Made by a program: the position numbers and the translations under genes. The notes under the pieces are model-generated. The model did no database searches. It worked only from the letters and a program-made list of their open reading frames with translations, and was not told where the DNA came from. A stretch of 64,000 bases of DNA from Macrostomum lignano (Eukaryota): NCBI GenBank assembly GCA_002269645.1, contig NIVC01000208.1, forward strand, positions 310,001 through 374,000, read 5' to 3'. This document shows positions 51,068-63,000 of this stretch, piece after piece (position 1 is the first letter of the stretch; the number at the start of each line of letters is the position of its first letter).

Positions 51068-54000
51068 TTAGAAGGCGGTAACAAACAGCCGGTCCAGATC
51101 CACGCAACCGTAAGCATTGGCCTGAAGCGCTTCCCGGACTACAGAATTAAGCGCCGGCACTTTTCTAGTCCAATAGTCGTAGGCGCACAGTTGGGTGTAC
51201 AGCTGACGCTCGCAGTAGGATCGCTGCAGGTGGCCTCGGACGCAGGCCGGACAGCGTGGACGGCCTCGATCAAGATTGCTAATTAGCCTGCGGGTTCGCC
51301 ACTGACAGGCCTGCCGGAGGTGGGAAGGGAGAAAGCATCTCGTGATTTATTACCTGTTATTACCTGTTATTACCTTATTACCTGTTACCTGTTTATTACT
51401 TGGCAATTATCTCTGCCCTATTTAGCAAGGCCTGGTTTGGCTTTAAAAATATTCTTATTCGATAAACTAAATAACGTGTTTATCTACCTACCAGATCCTT
51501 CTAGAACAGTCTATTAAATACATTTACCTGTCCCATAGATTACCGTATCTTTCTCCTAAATATCTTCTTCTTTGATCTCCTTTCCAGACTACCAGATATC
51601 TTACCTACCTGTCTACCAGACTCCTTACATGCATGTCTACTAGATCTCCTACCTATCTATCTCCCAGACCCGCTATCTGTCTCCCAGACCATCAGCCTGT
51701 CTCCCAGACCCTCTGTCTGTCCCCCGGACCCCCTACCTGTCTCCCAGATCCCCTGTCTCACAGAACCCTACATGTCTCCTAGATCCCCTACCTGTCTCCC
51801 AGACCCATATGTCTGTCTCCTAGACCCCTCTACTTGTCTCCTAGATCCCTCTCCCTCTACATGTCTCTCAGACCCCTCTACCTGTCTCCCAGATCAACTC
51901 TCTCACAGAACCCTACATGTTTCCTAGATCCCCTACCTGTCTCCCAGATCCCTCTCTCTATCTGTCTCCTAGATCCCTCTACCTGTCTCCCAGATCCCTC
52001 TACATGTCTTTTAAAGTCCTAGAACCCTACTTGTCTCCCAGATCCTTCTACCTGTCTTTCAGATTCCTCTACCTGTCTCCCAGATCCCTCTACCTGTCTT
52101 TCAGATTCCTCTACCTGTCTCCCAGAACCCGATCTACCTGTCTCCCAGATCCCTCTACCTGTCTCCCAGATCCCTCTACCTGTCTCCCAGACCCCTCTAC
52201 CTGTCTCCCAGATCCTTCTACCTGTCTCCCAGATCCCTCTACCTGTCTCCCAGACCCCTCTACCTGTCTCCCAGATCCCTCTACCTGTCTTTCAGATTCC
52301 TCTACCTGTCTCCCAGAACCCGATCTACCTGTCTCCCAGATCCCTCTACCTGTCTCCCAGATCCCTCTACCTGTCTCCCAGACCCCTCTACCTGTCTCCC
52401 AGATCCTTCTACCTGTCTCCCAGATCCCTCTACCTGTCTCCCAGATCCCTCTACCTGTCTCCTAGACCCCTCTACCTGTTTCCTAGACCCCTCTACCTGT
52501 TTCCCAGACCCATTTACCTGTCTCCAAGACCTCTCTACCTGCCCTGCTTGCACCTCAATTCCATATTGAACATTACCTGATCATCGCACACAAACTCGCC
52601 CCGATAATAGCGTCGAATATGGCGCTCAATCGGCGCCAACAATTCGCTAGCCGCGTATTCGTCAGGCAGAGGCGCCTTGGCCCGGCAGTGCGGGCACAGT
52701 TCGTCTTGGGACTGGCCGCCGGATTCCAGCTTGGCCGGCTCCACGGGTCGGCGACAGGCGCGGCAGGGAAGCTGCAGGGAATTCGTTAGAAATTCAAGGG
52801 AAAGAGGATGTAGATTTATAAAGGTGTCGGTCATGTGCGCTTGGATTTGGGGTAATCAAGACTTCGATACTTACACGTGTACTTTACTGATATACTGGCC
52901 TGTCTAACACATTCGTCTACCTGTCTGCCATATTTACCTGTCTGCCATATTTACCTGTCTGATATTTACCTGTCTGACACATCTACCTGCCTGACCCATC
53001 TACATCTACATGTCTGACACATCTACCTGCCTGACACATCTACCTGCCTGACACATCTACCTGCCTGACACATCTACATCAACCTGCCTGACACATCTAC
53101 ATCAACCTGCCTGACACATCTACATCAACCTGCCTGACACATCTACATCAACCTGCCTGACACATCTACATCTGCCTGTCTGACACATTTACCTGTCTAA
53201 GACATCTACCTGTCTGAGACATCTACCTGTCTGACACATCTACCTGTCTGACACATCTACATCTACCTGTCTGACACATTTACCTGCCTGACACATCTAC
53301 ATCTACCTGTCTGACACATTTACCTGTCTGAGACATCTACCTGTCTGACACATTTACCTGTCTGAGACATCTACCTGTCTGACATCTACCTGTCTGACAC
53401 ATCTACCTGTCTTACGCATCTACCTGTCTGACATCTTTATCTACTTATCTGACATCTCCAATCTACATGTCTGACATTTAAACCTACATTATATATTACA
53501 CTTGACACATAGCTTACTAAATTTATTATTTAGCTGTCTACTATCTTACTTTACTATTAGTCTTACAGCTATCTACCTACCTTAAGCCACCTAGCTCGTA
53601 TCTAAACCCATTTAGCCTCATCTTGCGCACTCACCGTAAGCGGCTCGCACAGTTCAAAGCGCACCTCTGGCTTAGCGAGAACGCTCTCGCCAGCCGTTTC
53701 GCCTTCGCCGTCGTCGCCATCCTCGCCTAGAGCTGCCGGCAGCATTCGGCGACGGAAAGCGCGCGAATCAACACCTACGCAGTCGGCTAGATCGCCTGGA
53801 TCCACTTCTTGGAGGCTCTCAGTCAGTCGGCTGACTAGAGGTAGCACCTCTTTGACAAGGTAGTGCTCCCAGTCGACTGATGGAGGCGCCGACTTGTTAG
53901 CAGCGTTGGTAGAGTCTTTGGCAGCTGCGCTAGCGTTGGCGTGAAGCATTTTTCGCCATTCGGCGAGAGTGTGGACTCTGAAAAATGTTTGCAAAATTAT

Positions 54001-57000
54001 GTTAGTTAAATGAATATGTACCTACCGATATGTATCGAAAATAAAAGTAGCTGAATAAGCTTCATTTAACTTATGAAGCTTATGAGGCTCAAAAATTCTG
54101 AAACTAAAGTAGAGATTTTTTCTTGTATCGATATGTATCGAAAACATGCTACCATAAAGACTGGAAACTATACACCGATATGTATCGAAAAGTAACTTTA
54201 AAAATAAAACAAACCTAGACGTAACGGGCCCATCTCCGGCAGCAACGAGGTACTCAACCGTGTCGCCTTTTTTGTAGCGCCGTCCAGTCGAGTCCCGTAG
54301 AGCGGCAGCAACGTGCTCGTCGTGACCTCCTCGATACTCTTCGGGAGCTTTCGTGAGCATCTTGGCAATGCTCAGCTGCTCCATCGGTACCCGATTGTTC
54401 TTTAATCCGTCAGCAACGCCGATTAAAATTTCGCGAATCTCAGCTTGAAGCGTTTCACGCGGCTTGTTGGCCAGAATGAGGTCCAGGACGCGGGACGCCG
54501 TCCCGGTTGCTATGCGACTCCAATCGCGACTGGAAATTAGAAATACAAAGAAAAACTGAATCTGCTACTTAGTAAATAGTAGATTAATCATAATATTCGT
54601 AAGGGTGCTACCTAAATTAATAAGACAAGCTGTCCAGACTACTATAGACAAGCTACCCAGAACCATAGACAAGCTACCCAGAACCATAGACAAGCTACCC
54701 AGAACCATAGACAAGCTACCCAGAACCATAGACAAGCTACCCAGAACCATAGACAAGCTACCCAGACTACCAAACAAGCTACCTAGATTACCATAGACAA
54801 GCTACCCAGACTACCATAGACAAGCTACCTAGACTGCCATAGACAAGCTGTACAGACTTCCATAGACAAGCTGTCCAGACTGCCATAGACAAGCTGCCTA
54901 GACTACCATAGACAAGCTACCCAGACTACCATAGACAATCTACCCAGACTACCATAGACAATCTACCCAGACTACAATAGGCAATCTAATCTACCCAGAC
55001 TACCATAGACAAGCTACCCAGACTGCCATAGACAAGCTGCCTAGACTACCATAGACAAGCTACCCAGACTACCATAGACAATCTACCCAGACTACCATAG
55101 ACAATCTACCCAGACTACAATAGGCAATCTAATCTACCCAGACTACCATAGACAAGCTACCCAGACTGCCATAGACAAGCTACCTAGACTACCATAGACA
55201 ATCTAATCTATCCAGACTACCATAGACAATCTACCCAGACTACCATAGACAATCTACCCAGACTACCATAGACAATCTACCCAGACTACCATAGACAATC
55301 TACCCAGACTACCATAGACAATCTACCCAGACTACCATAGACAATCTACCCAGACTACCATAGACAATCTACCCAGACTACCATAGACAATCTACCCAGA
55401 CTACCATAGACAATCTACCCAGACTACCATAGACAAGCTACTGAAGCCACAAATAACGGCTAAAAGGAGTCCAAATGAATTACCGCACAATCTCCAGTCC
55501 TTTAACCTCGCGCTGATAGGTCAGCTCGCCATTGGCGCCCTTAGTAACAGTCAAAGCGGCGTATTTCTTCTTCCGGCAGAGCAGCATTGGCCGATAAACT
55601 CCGTCAATTTCGAGTTCCAACAATCGATAGAGCTTATTAACCTGCGCCTTAACTTTGGCGCCGATTTTCAATGCCTCGTCGTATTGGTCGCAGTGCGAAT
55701 TGATCATGATTGAATCGGTGTCGCCATAGATCACTTCGAGATTGAGCTTCTCAACTAGTTCCTACGGGCAGTAGAGAGAATAGGGGACATATAGGTGTAA
55801 CATTGAACTGACATTAATTTGACATTAAACTGACATGAATTTGACATTAAACTGACATGAATCTGACATTAAACTGACATGAATTCGACATTGAACTGAC
55901 ATGAATTTGCCATTAAAATGACATGAATTTGCCATTAAAATGACATGAATTTGCCATTAAAATGACATGAATCTGACATTAAACTGACATGAAACTGACA
56001 TTAATCTGACATTAATCTGACATGAAACTGACATTAATCTGACATGAATCTGACATTAAACTGACATGAATCTGACATAAATCTGACATTAAACTGACAT
56101 GAATCTGACATTAAACTGACATGAAACTGAAATTAAACTGACATTAATCTGACATGAAACTGACATTAATCTGACATGAATCTGACATGAATCTGATATT
56201 AATCTGACATGAAACTGACATTAATCTGACATGAATCTGACATTAAACTGACATGAATCTGACATTAAACTGACATGAAACTGAAATTAAACTGACATTA
56301 ATCTGACATGAAACTGACATTAATCTGACATGAATCTGACATGAATCTGATATTAATCTGACATGAATCTGACATTAAACTGACATGAATCTGACATTAA
56401 TCTGACATTAGACTGACATCAAAATTACATCTAGCTTACCTTAGTCTGGGCCAAAATATCGCGACCCTTAGAGGTGACCAGAGCGGCGATGGGTTTAGCA
56501 GCGAATCGAGACTGCTGAAATCCCAAACAGCCGTAGAGCGAGTTGGCGGTCAGCTTGAGAGCTTTCTGCCGAATGTCCAACTGCACTCGCTGTTCGTCGC
56601 GCAACTTCGGATCTTTGAGCAGGCTTTTCACTGCCCGGCGAGTCTCAACTAGTTTGCCGATTACCTGATAATGAATGTTAGTAAACATTGTCTCTGGGTG
56701 AGATTTTCAATCTTTTCAGTGAGATTTGGAATCACTGTCATGAGATTTGGAATCTCTACAGTGAGATTTGGAATCTCTACAGTGAGATTTGGAATCTCTA
56801 CAGTGAGATTTGGAATCTGTACAGTGAGATTTGGAATCTCTACTCTGAGATTTTAAATCTCTACAGTGAGATTTGAATCTCTACTGTGAGATTTGGAATC
56901 TCTTCAGTGAGATTTGGAATCTCTACTGTGAGATTTGGAATCTCTACTGTGATATTTGGAATCTCTACTGTGAGATTTGGAATCTGTACAGTGAGATTTG

Positions 57001-60000
57001 GAATCTCTACTGTGAGATTTGGAATCATTGTCATGAGATTTGGAATCTCTACAGTGATATTTGGAATCTCTACTGTGAGATTTGAATCTCTACTGTGAGA
57101 TTTGGAATCTCTACTATGAGATTTGGAATCTCTACAGTGAGATTTGAAATCTCTACTGTGAGATTTGGAATCTCTACTGTGAGATTTGGAATCATTGTCA
57201 TGAGATTTGGAATCTCTACAGTGATAATTGGAATCTCTACTATGAGATTTGGAATCTCTACTATGAGATTTGGAATCTCTACTATGAGATTTGGAATCTC
57301 TACTATGAGATTTGGAATCTCTACTGTGAGATTCTTAATCTCTGCAATAAGATTTAGAATCCCTTCTAAGCCAATTCGAGACTATCACAGCAATTTCTCA
57401 CCTGCGGCAGCACTCCAGCCTCACTGCCGCCCCTATCAGGCAACTCAGGCAGCCGATCTCCAGACTCCAAGCCTCGATGTTGCAGCGTTGTAAAGCACAA
57501 ATTGAACTCTTGTATGATTGACGGGTAGAGCGAGTTGAAATCCAACAATAGAATGAATTTGTCGTGCAAGCCGCGTTTGGGCTCGAGGACCAGGCCGCCG
57601 GTGTATTCCGCCTTGTTCTGCTGGTTTGCAGCGTTTAATAATGGCATATTTAAACTGTGCTACTTATAGTAGGCTACTAACGAGTTTATACTTCTAAATT
57701 TTAAAATTAAAAGGATTTTTTATTTGTTAATTCAACTTAATCATAGCAAATCAATATAAATATTTATATTTTCGATACACAAAGGTTTTCGATACATATC
57801 GGCATACATGTTTCTTTCCTCTTGATTTTCTAATATAGTATAATCAGTGCTAAATGAGTGCAATTTTCGCTTAAAAAGTAACCCAGGGTTTGATTGCAAA
57901 TGAAGGCGACTCCCCCATCCATAAGGCGCAGAGTTTGTACGACTGACTGTGACGAGTTGAAGAAGTCAAGGCCGATTCACATCCTGTGTGAGCTAGTGCC
58001 TGAATATGAGTGGGCATACAATCTATCGGTATACACCGATATGTATCGAAAATATACTTTCTTTAAACTCATAAAATTAGGGACCTACGTTTTGCTGCTG
58101 TTGCTGTTGCTGCTGCTGTTGATGCTGCTGCGAGTGCCTCGTTGGCGGATCGGGACAGACAAAGCCGCGCTCAGTAAACGCGTGCAACAACAACGATTCG
58201 TTCCTCTCCGAACGGCCGAACAGCAGAGTCCTGGACCACAGATTGCCAACAATCTGGGTGATCTGCAGAGACAGCGGCAGCGCCTGCAGTTCGTGAGCCA
58301 GATTCAAGCACAGGGCCGAGTCGTTCAGCGCCGATTCCACCAGTCTGCGAACGCCTTCGGCTCGACCGCCGCTGAAGGCCTCGCGCACCTCAGCGGCTGA
58401 CCAATCGCGACCGGCGCGACGGCGTTTTAATAGAGACTCGCTCAGCTCGTCTAAATCGTAGCTGCGGCCCTGCGAATGGGGAGATTTTTGAAATTGGGAT
58501 CGATAAATAAAGGGAAATTTCTAAGATGTTGGGATTCTAAAAGTGAGGATTTCTCTAGCATTTTGGGATTCTTAAAATGGGGATTTTTCCAACATTATGG
58601 GATTCTTCAAATGAGGACTTCTTTAAGATCTCTGTTTCGGTTATTTATACGTATCATTAAATGGGATACTTGTTGCTTATATTTCGATCGATGAGATTTT
58701 AATGATGAGATTGTTTGATGACACATGGATGGATGTATTTAAGATGGAGTTTCTAGGAAATATATTAAGTACAGTAACTTCCATTTTAAAAAATCCAAGG
58801 GAACTTCTATTAGCTTAGCTGGTAGGTTAAACTGGTAGGTTAACAGGTACGTTAGCTGGTAGGTTAAACTGGTAGGTTAACTGGTAGATTAGCTGGTAGG
58901 ATAACAGAAAGGTTAACTGGTAGGTTAGCTGGTAGGTAACTGGTAGGTTAACTGGTAGGTAACGTCAGTTAATCCAGCAAGAGTTTCATAGTCAACACGG
59001 TAGCTCAAACAATGAAGATGTGGAAGAAGATGCGTTCCAATAGTCATCAACACTATTATATCTCCCTCACCTTAACCAGCTCCTTGGCGCTCTTCAGACA
59101 GTCCAGCAGCAGCCGACCGGCCACCGCGTGCCGAACCGGCCCCAGCCCTGGCGCCCTCTGCGGCGGCCCATTCCGTCGAAGCCGGCCGAGTTTGTGCCAG
59201 TGCGGCACCCGACACGCGGCCAGCCGGTGCAGCAGCCAAGCCAGACTGGCCCCGCAGTCGAAGCCAACCAGAACATCCGGGTCAGCCTGGTGCAGCAGGC
59301 CAAGAAGACGGCCAAGCAGAGCGCGTTCGCCAGCTTCTAACGAAGCGTTGTCCCTGCTGCCCAACAGTTCGGTGAGAGCTGCCTGGGTGCCGAATGGAAC
59401 GGCGCAGCCTTGGGGACGAGCGACAACTGCTACGGCGCGTTGGAATCGGCAATTCTGCTGCTTCTGCTGTTGTTGCTTGCCTAGAAGACATTGATTGGAT
59501 TTTGTTACAGTCGGCTATATAGGTGAACTGATCGCAATGCAGAGTTGAGGCTCTTGCTCAAGGACTCAAACTGTTCCGAGTGGGTCGAGAAACGAACCCC
59601 CGACCTTCAAAGTCGTGAGTCCGACGTTCTAATCACTAGGATTAAACCCAGAAACAAAAAGCTCTATGCATATCAATAGCTGAGAAAAAATGACAAAGTC
59701 AATTTTCTGTGATGTAGTTTTTCGGTAAACCTGCCTTCTAAAAGGTTACCAAGAAACGTACTTTCCCGTCCTTCTAAATTGACGACTAGTCCTTGGGCGT
59801 ACAGCGACGCACTTTGACTTCTAATCTAAAGACATGTACACTCGCTTTGCCATAATTAATACAACCTGCTTACCAACTAGAGGACCAGGCCCCAAAGCGC
59901 AGAGACCTATTTTTTTAATTTAGAGGTTGTAGCCTAGTGTCATTGAACAAGACACTAAACTCTGCATTGCTTCAGGTCACCCAGCTGTAAAATGGGTGCC

Positions 60001-63000
60001 ATCAATGGGTGCTGGGGTATTAATTGAGGCTGTGTGTGGCGACCCTCCCCAGTCCTTGGACTGAACAGCCGTACGCAGCCTTCAGATGCGCCGCGCAATA
60101 GCTGCGGCTGAGCTGTATTATTTACAATTTAATATTAAACGACACACCTCCTCCACCGCTAGAGCCGCCGCCATCGATGCGAAACTGCCGATCAATCAGC
60201 AAAGCCAAACAGGCGACCTCTTTATCGCAGGCAACAGTGTACAGAGTAGCCACAGTCAAAGGCGGATGTCCCAGCTTCTGCGCTGCATCAGTTGGAGTCT
60301 TTTTCAATTTTCTATGATCGTTCAGTGTGGCATCGATTTTGCACCAACTGAACTGAGCCAGCTGGCGTTTAGCTCCGGAGATGTCCAACCAGCAGGGACC
60401 GTACAGCTGTCGGTCGAGGATCAGAGTCTCCAGGGAGCTGGTCTGCGGATTTTTTGTTTGTTTATTTAATAATAGAAATAAACTAAACATAGAATAAGTA
60501 GATCTAGTATGTGATGTACATTATATTGTATCGGCTATAGTCGTTCTCGTGCATATTGTACATTAGATACACATTAAAATTACATTATTTCTGGTGTTCC
60601 AATTTCTGCATTCTGGCGCACTTTAAGCGACATTGTCACACAACCGGCGAGAGACATTACTGCCCATTCTGCCGACTCCCCTGAGCAGGCAAACAAGCGC
60701 GCGGATACGTACGCAGTCATACGCACAGGCACGCACTCACAAAGATATGTACAGTACTTCACTGTGCCTTGGGCATTGGCCCTCAAAGGCGTTGTTAATT
60801 TCACGAGCAGAGCCAAGCCGAGATTCCAATTTAGCCCCAAATTAATGTGACTGCACTTGGAATCGAGCCTGGGCCGCTGGCACATCAGAGCACCGCGCCA
60901 GACCACTAGCCTACGCCCCCGCAGATACACATCAGAATCGCATTAAATACACATCAGAATCGCATTAGATACACATTAGAATCGTATTAGATACACATTA
61001 GACACACATCAGAATCACATCAGATACACATTAGAATCACATCAGATACAAATTAGAATCGCATTAGATACAAATTAGAATCCCATTATATACCCATTAG
61101 AATCACATTATAATCACATCAGATACACGTTAGAATCACATCAGATATACATTAGAATCACATCAGATACAAATTAGAATCGCATTAGATACAAATTAGA
61201 ATCCCATTAGATACCCCATCAGAATCACATCAGATACACATTAGAATCACATTAGATACACATTTAGAATCACATCAGATACAAATTAGAATTACACTAG
61301 ATACAAATTAGATACCCATTAGATACCCATTAGAATCCCATTAGAATCACATCAGATACACATTAGAATCACATCAGATACCCATCAGAATCACATCAGA
61401 TACCCATCAGAATCACATCAGATACCCATCAGAATCACATTAGATACTCATTAGAATCACATTAGATACCCATTAGAATCACATTAGATACCCATCAGAA
61501 TCACATCAGATACCCATCAGAATCACATTAGATACTCATTAGAATCACATTAGATACCCATTAGAATCACATCAGATACACAGTAGAATCCCATCAGATA
61601 CACGTTAGACAGACTCACATTGCAGCCGAACACGTGGCTATAGGTGAGTCCGGCAGCGTCAGCAGGAAAAGCCGGTTTGTCAGCCGGATACAGAACCTCC
61701 AGCCAATCGGCCGACGGAGGCACGTCGGCCACCGAGAAGCAGTAGCCTTTGCGAACTGTTCGACACTTGAAACTGTTAATGCCGTGCTTGGCGGCGAATT
61801 TAGCGAACTCGTCGTAGACGTCCTTGATTTGGACGGGTTGGTCAGTTGGATCGCCGTGCCGGTCGACTCGGAATTGGCGAGGTAGAAAATACAACTGTCT
61901 GGGTATGTCCGTGATCTTCACGCAGCAGGACTCGAATCTGTTAGGGAATGTTGAGATTAGGGAAGTCAATAAAAATGCGAATTATTCGAAATGGAAATAA
62001 CGCTATCTGGATCCGGAACCATAGCTACCACCTTGAACCAAACCTATCCGGAACCAAACCTACACGGAACCAAATCTACCTGGAACCAAAAACTACCCGG
62101 AACCAAATCTACATGGAACCAAAAACTACTCGGAACCAAAACTACCTGGAACCAAATCTACATGGAACCAAAATTCCTCGACCCAAAACTACTCGGATCT
62201 AAAACTACCTGGAACCAAAACTACCTGGAACCAAAACTACCTGGAACCAAAACTACCTGGAAACAAAACTACCTGGAACCAAAACTACCTGGAACCGAAA
62301 CTACCTGGAACCAAAACTACCTGGAACCAAAACTACCTGGAACCAAAACTACCTGGAACCAAAACTACCTGGAACCAAATCTACATGGAACCAAAATTCC
62401 TCGACCCAAAACTACCCGGAACTGAAACTGAAAAATCAAATCGCTCACTTATTCTGCCCATTACTAAGAGGCACGGCCACTTTGCCGAACAGAAACACAG
62501 TTCCCGGATGATGTCCAGAATCGTCCCAAGCGTCAAGCCAATAGAATCGCAAAGCTTTAGCTCCCTGCTCGTCGCCAGCAACATCAACTTCCGGAAGATC
62601 GTCAATCGTAGACATCATCCCAGAGTTATTCTTTGCTACAACATCCGGCACAGATTCGGTCTCATTGGCTCCATATTCAAGCCAGTCGCCAGCAGATGCG
62701 GCCGACACAGAGGCAGCCGCAGCCGCAGCCGCAGCAGCCCAAGGCTCCACAATGGTAGCTGAGCTACGATTCAATTTAGCTGACGCTTCCGCATCCGACA
62801 CTCCCGAAACTGATGAAGCATTGCCTGCACCGCCGGCACCGCTTCCTGCAGCAACAGTACTAGCAGTAGTAGTATTATTAACATCCGAACTAGATGCTGC
62901 CATGGTTTCAAATGGTTCATCAAAATCTGCCAAAATCTCGTCCGTCAAATCGCCACCAGAAGCTTCCAAAAGACGTTTACGCTCCTCGGCGTCCAGTTGC

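Noticed and set aside
57894-58010. Possible extra POLA1 exon after a CAG acceptor near 58001
   Set aside because: No polymerase similarity in any frame; the exon 5-6 junction already restores the conserved region; it lies inside the MITE-like inverted repeat.
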